The notes: generated from the letters alone by a model not told the origin. A stretch of 64,000 nucleotides of DNA from Promethearchaeota archaeon (GCA_019894855.1 JAGXNS010000002.1:8858-72857), one strand, 5' to 3'; positions 21,213 to 30,497 are shown, counted from the stretch's first letter. A program made the numbers and translations.

Positions 21213-22136
21213 TTGAATTTCTTCCGTGCCTCCTTGACTTAAGCGGTACTCGAACTCCGCAAGGATTTTAGTTAGCTCTATTTTTACATCTTCTGACACA
21301 TCTAAATCGTAAATTTCTCGATGTAAATTCTTAATGATATTTATGCCTGACAATCCATACTCTCTTGTTATATCATTTAACAATTTTAGTGAAAATTGTA
21401 ATTGCCCCTTAAGAGCTGTTTTAAGGACAACTCTGATCCGTTCGGGTGGGACTTCTCCAGCAACCCGGAAAACCACATCTTGGTCAATATTTTTAGAGAT
21501 TGTTCCGCATGATTGCAGGTAATTTATAGCTCTTCGGCAATCTCCCTTAGATACATCAACTAAAGCGTTTAAACCATCAGGGCTAATGCTTATGTCCTCT
21601 TTGCTAGCAACGAATTTGACACGGCTTTTAATATCTTCGTTTCTCAAAGATGAAAAGCGGAAAACAACGCATCTAGATTGGATAGGTGGAATAATTTTAT
21701 TAGAATAGTTACAAATTAATATCATTCTACAGTTCCGCGTATACTTTTCCATTGTTCTCCTTAAAGCCTGTTGGGCTGGTGCTGTCATATTATCTGCTTC
21801 ATCTAAAATTAGAATTTTAAAGGATATAATGGAAGGAGGTTTAGCTTTAGCAAAATCCTTGATATATGTTCTTATAACATCTATACCTCTAGCATCACTT
21901 GCATTCAGTTCTAAATATGTAAGATTAATTGCTTTTTTATTACCGTATAATTCTCTGACCATTGCTAATGCAGAAGTAGTTTTACCAGTACCGGCGGGAC
22001 CAGCGAATATAAGGTGTGGCATCGATTTATCCTTTACGAATTGCTTCAATCGTTTAATAATTCCTTCTTGGTTAACCACATCACCTAATAAGCGAGGTCT
22101 GTATTTTTCCACCCATGGTTTGTTTTCAACTGACAA
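21165..22136 (-). CDS. rfcS: Replication factor C small subunit
   Basis: PWVEKYRP, GPAGTGKT, ELNASDARG, DEAD, SRC; TTG start after GGTG. Confidence 0.96.
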   Translation of the reverse strand: MSVENKPWVEKYRPRLLGDVVNQEGIIKRLKQFVKDKSMPHLIFAGPAGTGKTTSALAMVRELYGNKKAINLTYLELNASDARGIDVIRTYIKDFAKAKPPSIISFKILILDEADNMTAPAQQALRRTMEKYTRNCRMILICNYSNKIIPPIQSRCVVFRFSSLRNEDIKSRVKFVASKEDISISPDGLNALVDVSKGDCRRAINYLQSCGTISKNIDQDVVFRVAGEVPPERIRVVLKTALKGQLQFSLKLLNDITREYGLSGINIIKNLHREIYDLDVSEDVKIELTKILAEFEYRLSQGGTEEIQLQALLANIVTLHKTE

Positions 22137-22253
22137 TGTAACACCAAATATAAATAGATTTACAAATAATAAATAAAAAAATACTATTAAGAATTAAAGT
22201 TTCTTTATTTATTATTATATACAACTTTAAAAAATGGATGAAGAAACGATACA

Positions 22254-23558
22254 ATGACAGATTATAAAATCACGAAAATTAAATCTCGATGGATTTTAGA
22301 TTCACGGGGAAACCCTACCGTCGAGTCTGACGTGTTTGCGGGAAAAACTTATTCAAGAGCTGCAGTTCCTTCTGGAGCATCAACGGGAATTATGGAAGCT
22401 TTAGAATTACGAGACGGAGGAGACGCTTTCTTGGGTAAACATGTTACTAGTGCAGTATCTAATGTAAACTCTATAATAAGTAATAAACTACAAGGTTTTG
22501 ATGTTCGAGAACAAACCAATATTGACGAGGAGATGATAGCAATTGATGGCACGGAAAACAAAAGCAACTTAGGTGCCAATGCAATACTTTCAGTATCTTT
22601 AGCTGTTTCAAAGTTAGCTGCGTATCTATCTGAGAAACCCTTATATTATTATCTCTACGAATTAGCATATGGAAAATCAAGGGAAGACTTTTTATTACCA
22701 ATACCGTCATGTAATATAATTAACGGGGGAGAACACGCTGGAAATGACTTAGCTATACAAGAATTTATGATTTTACCTATAGGTGCTGATTCATTTTCAA
22801 ACGCAATTCAAAATGTCGCAGAAGTCTATCAAAACTTAAAAAAGCTACTGAAACAGAATTATGGCGCTTCCGCAATTAATGTAGGCGACGAAGGGGGATT
22901 CGCTCCAAATTTATCGACAACTACGGAGGCTGTAGATATAATTATAGAAGCTATCGAAGCGGCAGGTTTTATGATGGGCACCGATTTCGTACTTGGAATG
23001 GACGCAGCAGCAAGTGAATTTTACGAAGATGGAATGTATAACATTGACGGGAAAAATCTCACAAATGAGGAACTAATGGAATATTACTTGAATTTAATAC
23101 ACGAATACCCATTTAAATCCATTGAAGATCCATTTGATGAGAAAGATTTTAGATCTTTTTCAAACCTAACAGCTAAGGTTGATAGATCGATCCAAATTGT
23201 CGACGACGATCTTACTGTTACGAATATAAAAATATTGAAAAGAGCGATAGATGAAAAAGCAGGTAATGCCTTATTACTAAAAGTTAATCAAATAGGATCC
23301 CTAACGGAAGCAATAAAAGCGGCTAAAATGGCATTTAATAGTGGGTTCAATGTAATGGTATCGCACCGTTCAGGGGAAACTGAAGATAGTTTTATTGCAG
23401 ATTTAGCTACAGGTCTTTGTACGGGACAAATGAAATCAGGTGCCACATGTAGGAGCGATAGAACCTGTAAATTTAATCAACTACTTCGCATAGAAGAAGC
23501 ATTAGGTTCTAAAGCAAAATACCCCAAAAAATTTGATTCGTGGAAGAGTTACATGTAA
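22254..23558 (+). CDS. eno: Enolase
   Basis: DSRGNPTVE, VPSGASTG, GDEGGFAP, KVNQIG, SHRSGETED. Confidence 0.97.
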   Translation: MTDYKITKIKSRWILDSRGNPTVESDVFAGKTYSRAAVPSGASTGIMEALELRDGGDAFLGKHVTSAVSNVNSIISNKLQGFDVREQTNIDEEMIAIDGTENKSNLGANAILSVSLAVSKLAAYLSEKPLYYYLYELAYGKSREDFLLPIPSCNIINGGEHAGNDLAIQEFMILPIGADSFSNAIQNVAEVYQNLKKLLKQNYGASAINVGDEGGFAPNLSTTTEAVDIIIEAIEAAGFMMGTDFVLGMDAAASEFYEDGMYNIDGKNLTNEELMEYYLNLIHEYPFKSIEDPFDEKDFRSFSNLTAKVDRSIQIVDDDLTVTNIKILKRAIDEKAGNALLLKVNQIGSLTEAIKAAKMAFNSGFNVMVSHRSGETEDSFIADLATGLCTGQMKSGATCRSDRTCKFNQLLRIEEALGSKAKYPKKFDSWKSYM

Positions 23559-23564
23559 TTTTTC

Positions 23565-24212
23565 TTAACTCTCTCTTTTTCTTTTAAATCTGTAAATATT
23601 TACATTAATTGATTTAGTTTTTTGTTTGTGAAATTGATATGTCTTACTAAGCTTCAAGTGATAAGGAAATACATAATCGATCTCCCAATTATATTTTTTT
23701 ACAAATGTCGAGATAAATTGGTGTACATTTGGATTTGCGAGATGTATCGAGTATACAACCTGTGAGATGTTAAACGCTTTCGCTAAAAAAAAGCGATCAG
23801 CAGTTTTTTTTTGGACTCCAAAAGGAGGATTCATAATAGTAGTAATAAAAAGCCCCTCTGGATTCACATTTCGAAAAAGTTCAAATTGATTTATATCAGA
23901 ACAGATAGGGGAGATAATAGATTCTAAACCGTATCTACGGATGTTATTTTTTAATATCTTTAAAGCATTGAAATCTATGTCTACACTTACTACATAATGA
24001 GCTTGGAGATACGCACACGCTATTGATAATCTTCCGGTTCCAGCCCCTAAATCCAAAATCAACCGGTTTTTAACGTCGTTAAATTCGACTCCTGCGAAGA
24101 AAACAATGTCGACAGCACTTTTTGCATCAATGCAATATTGTTCTAACTCTATAATAGGATTCGAAAATCCTTCAGTTTGCTGAAGTAACGATATTAAATC
24201 TCTCTTGTTTAT
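23565..24212 (-). CDS. METTL5-like RNA (adenine-N6) methyltransferase (ATA start inferred)
   Basis: DLGAGTG, NPPFG; frame extends upstream to (I)NKRDLISLLQQTEGFSNPIIELEQY, the family N-terminus, with no ATG/GTG/TTG before TAG at 24222-24224. Confidence 0.85.
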   Translation of the reverse strand: MNKRDLISLLQQTEGFSNPIIELEQYCIDAKSAVDIVFFAGVEFNDVKNRLILDLGAGTGRLSIACAYLQAHYVVSVDIDFNALKILKNNIRRYGLESIISPICSDINQFELFRNVNPEGLFITTIMNPPFGVQKKTADRFFLAKAFNISQVVYSIHLANPNVHQFISTFVKKYNWEIDYVFPYHLKLSKTYQFHKQKTKSINVNIYRFKRKRES

Positions 24213-24328
24213 CGTAATCGCCTAAAATCTGTTCTCCATAATATATTTTATGAAAAATTATGAAAAAATTTAATTATTTTAATTAATAATAATTAAATAG
24301 AGAAATTAAAAGATTTTTGTTGAAATTT

Positions 24329-24925
24329 ATGAAAGAATCTAAGAAAAATAATGAAATAGTTCTTACGGGTCAATATTTAGGTGTTGTAGAAGAATACTTA
24401 CCGGATAAAAAGTCTACTTTCGTAAGAGATGGCCAAATTTTTGCCACTAAAACAGGAATAGTCAGTATCGATAAACAACGAAGAGCTATAGAGATTAAAA
24501 GTCACCAAGACGAAGATCGAAAAATAGTAAAAATTAACGATATTATAATAGGAACGATTCAATTTCTAAGACTTTATTCAGTTGGTATTAGTTTTGCTAC
24601 TATCAATAATAAAATTCATTTTAATAGTTCTTACTTTGGCAATATCCATGTATCTAATATATCCCATAAGTTTATTGAAAAAATCGCAGATGCATATCAA
24701 ATTACCGATATTGTCAGAGCTAAAGTTATTAAGCAAGAACAAAATGAATACAGCTTGAGCACCGTAGGTAATGATCTAGGTGTTATCCATGCTGATTGTA
24801 GCATATGTGGATCAACTCTTGAGAAAATAGGACAAAATAAGTTGAAATGTTCACGATGTGGAAACACTGAAAATAGGAAATTAGCTAGCGATTATGGAAA
24901 TGTTAAAGAAAATCTAAGATACTAA
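24329..24925 (+). CDS. csl4: Exosome RNA-binding subunit Csl4
   Basis: V..G..LG..EEY, S1 domain, C-terminal CxxC...CxxC-ENRKLA Zn ribbon. Confidence 0.9.
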   Translation: MKESKKNNEIVLTGQYLGVVEEYLPDKKSTFVRDGQIFATKTGIVSIDKQRRAIEIKSHQDEDRKIVKINDIIIGTIQFLRLYSVGISFATINNKIHFNSSYFGNIHVSNISHKFIEKIADAYQITDIVRAKVIKQEQNEYSLSTVGNDLGVIHADCSICGSTLEKIGQNKLKCSRCGNTENRKLASDYGNVKENLRY

Positions 24926-24986
24926 ATCGGTTAACTTCTTTTTAATACATGTTTAGATGAATAGAAATAAACAATGAGGATTTATT

Positions 24987-25208
24987 TTGGGTAACCGTGG
25001 AGGCAGAAAAGTTATGAATTTCTATAATTCAAGAGGAGAGTTAGCGAATATTGTAAAATTTCTTGAAGAAGTTCAAAAAAAAATAAATTATCTTAATCTA
25101 AATTGTAAAGTGGATGGAAAAGTAATTAAAATCACATTATTTGGACCAAGAGACCTTCAATATTTAGCAAGTGAAAGATTAAGGGAGCTAGCTAACCAAT
25201 ATTTATAA
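24987..25208 (+). CDS. Small hypothetical protein in the csl4-rpoL cluster
   Basis: ORF fills the operon gap; SD-like motifs before TTG 24987 and ATG 25014. Confidence 0.6.
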   Translation: MGNRGGRKVMNFYNSRGELANIVKFLEEVQKKINYLNLNCKVDGKVIKITLFGPRDLQYLASERLRELANQYL

Positions 25209-25290
25209 AGATGCTTATCTAGTTATTGTTTTAAAACCAAAAAACATTTATTTAATTATAGATTAGAGAACTTAGTTTTGGTGGATTATT

Positions 25291-25779
25291 TTGGCAAAAA
25301 AAAAAGCTGAATCGAAAGATGAAAATTTAGATACTGATGAAAAAGACTTACTTGATGATGAAGAGATAGAAAGTCACTATCCAGATTTATCAGATGATTC
25401 AAAAATAAAAGAGGAATCAGTCTCTATAGATGTAGTTGACGATGAGGACGAAGATGAAGAAGAAGGTTTTGAAATTGAACCCGAACCCGAACAAACTTAT
25501 AAATTTTTAACACTAGGCTTAAAAAAAGGTTTTAGGGACGATGATTACACGTTATCCGTAGAAGGCCAATCGCACGGATTTTGTAACATTTTTGTTAAAC
25601 TTCTATTAGAAACTGAAGGTGTAAATTCAGCAGCGTATAAAATCACCAAATTAGTTCCTCCAGAAATATTCATTAGGTTGGAAGATGGCTATGAAATAAA
25701 AAAAATTCTTTACAAGACGATAGAAACCTTGAGAACAGAAGTTGGAAAAGTCGAAAAAGTGTTTAAAAAACTCATGTAA
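25291..25779 (+). CDS. rpoL: RNA polymerase subunit L (Rpo11) with acidic N-terminal extension
   Basis: VEGQSHGFCN...L....GV..AAYK matches RpoL; conserved linkage to csl4. Confidence 0.75.
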   Translation: MAKKKAESKDENLDTDEKDLLDDEEIESHYPDLSDDSKIKEESVSIDVVDDEDEDEEEGFEIEPEPEQTYKFLTLGLKKGFRDDDYTLSVEGQSHGFCNIFVKLLLETEGVNSAAYKITKLVPPEIFIRLEDGYEIKKILYKTIETLRTEVGKVEKVFKKLM

Positions 25780-25839
25780 ACCTCTCTTTTTTGTATTTGT
25801 ATGAAAACTTTATAAGAAATTACTGCTCTTCTATTCTTA

Positions 25840-26292
25840 ATGCCATACGATTTTTTGTTAAAGGATATAAATTCCATTCTAACCTGTAAGTCGATAGGGA
25901 CAGATAAAGGGTTAGCGAAAATAGGAGACGGTGTAGTTAATCTTACTTACTCAATAGCAAAATCTATTTTTTTAACTAAAGTTAACAAAAACAATAAGAG
26001 TATAAGAACGGGATTAAAAGTAAGTAAAAAAATTCTGTCAGAAGCTCTAAAAAAAGCCGATATGAAAAAATTTTCAAAAAGTAGGGCAGACGCTCACGAC
26101 CTTGCTGACACCGTTGAGGCACTTATTGCATACGTATGGTTTTGTGATAAAATGACGATAGAGGATATGGTTAATTTTCTCGCCGATTCTTTAAGTGGTG
26201 ATCTATACATTAGAAGCGAGGAAATTCAAAACGCAACGATTGCCTTCACTAAACTGCTGTTACACATTAAAAAGTTTCTACCCGAGAGCTGA
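25840..26292 (+). CDS. Archaeal ribonuclease III-like protein
   Basis: DKGLAKIGD..VNL, ADTVEALIAY. Confidence 0.8.
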   Translation: MPYDFLLKDINSILTCKSIGTDKGLAKIGDGVVNLTYSIAKSIFLTKVNKNNKSIRTGLKVSKKILSEALKKADMKKFSKSRADAHDLADTVEALIAYVWFCDKMTIEDMVNFLADSLSGDLYIRSEEIQNATIAFTKLLLHIKKFLPES

Positions 26293-26294
26293 GC

Positions 26295-26855
26295 ATGAAA
26301 GAATTCCCAATAACAATTGGAGTAGACGATGCGAAATTTAAATTTGGTTCTGAATCACACACGACTGATTTAATTGGAGTAGTGTGTCAAGGTACGAGAA
26401 TGGTTAGCATGGTCAAAAAAGAAATAACTATTGATGGAGATGATGCTACGGAAGTTTTAATCGAACTTATAAGGCAAAATGAAAAACACGTGCAATTCAT
26501 AATTACCGATACTATTACTTTTGGTGGTTTTAACATAATTGATTTAGAAGAAATCTACAACGCTACGAATAAACCAATTATTGCTGTAACTGAAAAAGAA
26601 GTGGATCTTGATGCAGTTAAAAAAGCAATTTTAAAAAAATTCCCACAAAATAACATAGCTAAATTACGAAAAATTGTAAATGCAGGTAATTTGTATGAAA
26701 CTGTAACTGAAACAGCGGGAGGGCTATCAAAAGTGTTTTTTCATTCTAAAGGAATTTCATATACAGATGTTAATTCTTTATTTCAAAAAGTTTGCATCGA
26801 TTCAAAAATCCCCGAACCCGTGCGCCTTGCTCACATAATAGGAAAAGCTTTATAA
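26295..26855 (+). CDS. DUF99-family (endonuclease V-like) protein
   Basis: IGVDD, DGDDAT, TFGGFNIID, PEPVRLAHII. Confidence 0.88.
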   Translation: MKEFPITIGVDDAKFKFGSESHTTDLIGVVCQGTRMVSMVKKEITIDGDDATEVLIELIRQNEKHVQFIITDTITFGGFNIIDLEEIYNATNKPIIAVTEKEVDLDAVKKAILKKFPQNNIAKLRKIVNAGNLYETVTETAGGLSKVFFHSKGISYTDVNSLFQKVCIDSKIPEPVRLAHIIGKAL

Positions 26856-26862
26856 TAAAGTT

Positions 26863-27339
26863 TTATTTGGTATGAATCTCATACTCTAAAATTTCTCTCA
26901 TCCTTTGTTGTAACTCAGGTCTGATAGCTGACATTCCGTACGTTTTAACACCGCCTAATTTTTTCTGGATTTCCTTAGCGCTTAAGGCACCAGGTAGATC
27001 TTGCTTATTTGCGATTGCTATGATTTTAGTTCCTAAACTACGTTCAAACCTATTATAGATTTCCTTTGTTTGCTCTACATTTTTTTCAGTAGAATCACAC
27101 ACGATCACTGCTAAACCAGCTCCTCTGAGAAAATCCTGCCACATAAACTTAAACCTATTCTGGCCTCCTAAATCCCAAACTGAACAATTTTGACCGTTCA
27201 AGATGGAATCTTCCACTTCTAGACCTACTGTAGGAGTTCTTTCCTCGGAGACCTCTCTCCCCTGCAACAAAGACAAAAGCGATGATTTTCCAACAGACTG
27301 TTCCCCTATCAAACATATCTTCTTCTTGGTTGTTAACAA
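26863..27339 (-). CDS. Arf/Sar-like small GTPase
   Basis: GEQSVGKS, PTVG, WDLGGQ.RF..MW, ANKQDL, SA. Confidence 0.88.
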   Translation of the reverse strand: MLTTKKKICLIGEQSVGKSSLLSLLQGREVSEERTPTVGLEVEDSILNGQNCSVWDLGGQNRFKFMWQDFLRGAGLAVIVCDSTEKNVEQTKEIYNRFERSLGTKIIAIANKQDLPGALSAKEIQKKLGGVKTYGMSAIRPELQQRMREILEYEIHTK

Positions 27340-27522
27340 AATTAACCCTTTCTAATTACGATTTATAATAATTAGAAAAGGCAAATAATCTTACAAAAAT
27401 GAAAATAATATTCACATAACATGAAATTATAAAACTAATAGAAATTGGATTACCAGAAAAAAGCAAATAAAAATAAATTAAAATTAAATATTAATTAAAA
27501 AAATCAAAGAAAGATTGTTTCT

Positions 27523-27567
27523 TTATTCTTCCCCTGTCTCAAGGTCTTTTACAATTCCCACGCATGC
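27523..27567 (-). repeat. Synonymously recoded duplicate of the EF-1alpha 3' end (candidate att site or displaced gene end)
   Basis: Encodes (A)CVGIVKDLETGEE*, identical to the last 13 aa of tuf (28536-28577), with only synonymous differences. Confidence 0.85.
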
Positions 27568-28535
27568 TGGTGATATTCTATTTGGTTGAAGATTCTTCTC
27601 CTGAAGAGATCGAGTCAAACAATTTTAGCTGTTTTCTCACCTGATTTTCATCTCGTATACTTTGAAATTTTCGAAATTATTGATTTTTGTTAGGTAAATA
27701 TCTCCACATAAATTTTTCTCATAAAAAAACTTTTAAATATAAAGTTAATAATAATCTTTTTAGACAATAACTATCCTTCAAGACAAGGGACGCAGCCTTA
27801 TCTTGTTTACTAGGCCAATGAGACCGTTTGGAGTTGGTGGATACTCAGATGTGGTCGGGTGGGAGTGGCACTTTTCGCATAATCCGTAACCCTCGTAAAA
27901 TTTAAATATGCTTGTCGAGGTTTAATACTTGTGAAGAAGAAAAGATCAATTTTAATCAATAATCCACAACTGCGTAAAATTCGCAATAATTTACGCTTAT
28001 TGCTCATGAGATGGGCAAGTAGAGAGTGGAATTTACTTAACGACAAAGAAACTAATTTAAGCTATGATGAAGAGGGAAGACCAAGGCATCCAAGCACTTA
28101 TTCTGAAAAAGAAAAGAGCGAACGGATTAGATTAAGTAGTCAAATGGATAAGAACAAAGAAATAGTCAAAAATTCCATTTGTGTATGTTATCGGTGTCCT
28201 GCAACAGGCAAAAACATGACTTACAATCCAATCGAAAAAGCGTGGTTTTGCTTCCAATGCTACGAAGAGATGAAGCAATGGACCGCGAAAAAGAAGACAG
28301 GGATATCCGTAAGATTCCCTTGAACATCCTTTTTATTTTTTAAAATTTTTTCTAGTTGAAATTATTAAATCGCCTTAATCTCATATTTCTTAATCGAGGC
28401 GTTCCTATTTTTTACATGGTTGATATAGAATTCCTAAAACCTCAAAATGTAAGTTTACATTAGGCTTTAATTAATTATAATAAAAACTAAAAAAATAGTA
28501 AAATAAAATTAAAAATAAAAGCAGAATTTTATATT
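27568..28535. mobile_element. Putative small integrated island or remnant at the tuf 3' end
   Basis: Bounded by the two tuf-end copies; contains an orphan Cys-rich ORF and a GC-rich non-coding tract; no integrase seen. Confidence 0.5.
27931..28323 (+). CDS. Hypothetical protein with putative Zn-binding CxCxxC...CxxC motif
   Basis: GAGGT SD before GTG; ICVCYRC...WFCFQC. Confidence 0.7.
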   Translation: MKKKRSILINNPQLRKIRNNLRLLLMRWASREWNLLNDKETNLSYDEEGRPRHPSTYSEKEKSERIRLSSQMDKNKEIVKNSICVCYRCPATGKNMTYNPIEKAWFCFQCYEEMKQWTAKKKTGISVRFP

Positions 28536-29840
28536 TTATTCTTCTCCTGTTTCTAAATCCTTCACAATACCTACACATGAAGTTCTAGACATATCCCTTA
28601 CCGCAAATCTTCCAAGTTCCGGAAACTCATGATAGCGTTCTAAACAAAGTTTCTTGATCGGTTGCAATTTAACTAAAGCTGCTTCGTTCTTCTTGAGAAA
28701 TTTCGGATTGTCCTCGATTACGGCACCAGTCTTCTGATCTAACTTTTTGTTTAACTCAATAAACTTGGCGGCTACTTGAGCTGTATGAGCATGAACTACA
28801 GGAGTGTATCCTTGAGCAATTGCTGTTGGATGCCAAATAACAATTATTTGTCCTGTCCAGTTCCCCTTTGGAGTGATTACAGTTGGAGGATCCTTCGGAT
28901 GGCCCATGACATCGCCACGACCAACATCCTCCATAGTAATTCCTCTAATGCTAAATCCGATGTTATCACCAGGTTCGGCAGAGTCTTGTTCTTCGTGATG
29001 CATTTCGATGCTTCTTATTTCGCCTTGAAAGCCAGTTGGCATGATAACAATTTTATCATTCTTCTTCAATACGCCAGTTTCTACTCTTCCAACAGGGACA
29101 ACTCCAGTACCTTTAATACTGTATGCGTCTTGAATTGGAACTCGTAGTGGCTTACCAGTAGGTTTTGGAGGCATATCAAAGGAATCAATCGCTTCAATTA
29201 AGGTTGGACCGTCGTACCATGAAAGTTTATCGCTTTTTTCCGTCAAATTCTCTGCTTTAATACCACTAACAGGGACAAACGGAATTTTTTTGACCGGAAA
29301 ACCGATATTTTTTAGGAGATCAGAGACAGCATCTTTTACTTCATTATAACGCGCCTCGCTATAATCATAGGCGTCTGCTTTATTAACAGCAACGACCAAT
29401 TGCTTAACACCTAAAGTTTGGGCTAAATAAGCGTGCTCTCGAGTTTGACCATTGGCTGCAATACCTACTTCCATTTCTCCTTTCTTTCCAGAAACGACTA
29501 AAATTGCGGCGTCAGCTTGAGAGGCTCCAGTGATCATGTTCTTTACGAAATCAGCATGGCCAGGAGCGTCAATAATGGTGAAGTATTTTTTACTCGTTTC
29601 GAACTTTCGGAATGCTAAATCAATAGTAATACCACGTGCTCGCTCTTCTTTTAACCTGTCAAAGACATAAGCGTATGACCAAGATTCTCTATCGTTTTCT
29701 TTTGCTAATTTTTCAAGTTCTCGTGCTTCTCTGTCGGTTACTGCCCCAGTTTTGATGAGCATTGCACCCATCATGGTGGATTTGCCGTGATCTATATGAC
29801 CTATTATAACAAGATTTAAATGTTCTTTATCAGTTGGCAT
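28536..29840 (-). CDS. tuf: Translation elongation factor aEF-1alpha
   Basis: GHIDHGKST, RGITID, DAPGH, NKAD, LGRFAVRDM. Confidence 0.98.
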   Translation of the reverse strand: MPTDKEHLNLVIIGHIDHGKSTMMGAMLIKTGAVTDREARELEKLAKENDRESWSYAYVFDRLKEERARGITIDLAFRKFETSKKYFTIIDAPGHADFVKNMITGASQADAAILVVSGKKGEMEVGIAANGQTREHAYLAQTLGVKQLVVAVNKADAYDYSEARYNEVKDAVSDLLKNIGFPVKKIPFVPVSGIKAENLTEKSDKLSWYDGPTLIEAIDSFDMPPKPTGKPLRVPIQDAYSIKGTGVVPVGRVETGVLKKNDKIVIMPTGFQGEIRSIEMHHEEQDSAEPGDNIGFSIRGITMEDVGRGDVMGHPKDPPTVITPKGNWTGQIIVIWHPTAIAQGYTPVVHAHTAQVAAKFIELNKKLDQKTGAVIEDNPKFLKKNEAALVKLQPIKKLCLERYHEFPELGRFAVRDMSRTSCVGIVKDLETGEE

Positions 29841-29911
29841 TTTAAATCAATTTCCTCTACTTATTATTAGGTTTGATAATTTAATATGAAATTATAAATA
29901 ATAATTTTAGA

Positions 29912-29955
29912 TTAATGATATCAAATATATAATCCTTAATGATATCAAATATATA
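29912..29955. promoter_or_regulatory. 20-bp direct repeat upstream of tuf
   Basis: TTAATGATATCAAATATATA at 29912-29931 and 29936-29955, each with palindromic TGATATCA. Confidence 0.55.
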
Positions 29956-30041
29956 TTTTTTACTATAAATTCTAGCATTACTTCGAAAGGAAGCACTAGA
30001 TAAATTTGTTGAGTAAGAGATGATTTATGTTTTCCAAAATA

Positions 30042-30497
30042 TTAATTAGTAAAATACTCCCCTTTAAGATCTGAGTATAATTCGTCTTTATTTTTTCTTA
30101 GAACATCGAAAATTTGATGAATTTCTTTCAAGAAATTAATTTTATTCCCTTCAGCATTTATGGTTTCAGTTTCAATTTTTTCTTTTAAAAATTGATCGAA
30201 AACAAAATTTATCTCATATATGTTTATTCTCGTTTCTCTAAAGTAATCTAATAAGTGGTGCAGGTAATATGCTTTAACATATGACTTGTGGTTATTTTCA
30301 TTGTCTAAATCTTTCTGATGAAAAAAATTTAACTGCTTTGCTACAGCACTTTCGTATTCCTCCACATAAAATTCATTATCACCTTCAGTAAATGCCCAAG
30401 AAGTTCCATAATCAATGTTTCTATTTACAAAATCAGCGATAAATTTGTCAATTCCTGCTTTTTTTGCCCATTTACTGTGCACGATCCAGTTTGGTAT
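30042..30497 (-). CDS. Hypothetical protein with H/D motifs (HSKWA...YYLHHLLD); ATA start inferred (MPNWIVH)
   Basis: Track start GTG 30482; in-frame ATA CCA AAC TGG at 30497 after GTGA SD-like motif. Confidence 0.65.
   Translation of the reverse strand: MPNWIVHSKWAKKAGIDKFIADFVNRNIDYGTSWAFTEGDNEFYVEEYESAVAKQLNFFHQKDLDNENNHKSYVKAYYLHHLLDYFRETRINIYEINFVFDQFLKEKIETETINAEGNKINFLKEIHQIFDVLRKNKDELYSDLKGEYFTN

Noticed and set aside
27775-27925. tRNA or integron attC interpretation of the GC-rich tract
   Set aside because: No cloverleaf or T-loop consensus; no convincing RYYYAAC...GTTRRRY pair
27810-28046. 78-aa - strand ORF
   Set aside because: Overlaps the better-supported 27931-28323 gene; no motif
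29912-29955. Direct repeat considered as a CRISPR array
   Set aside because: Only two units with a 4-nt gap; no spacers or cas genes
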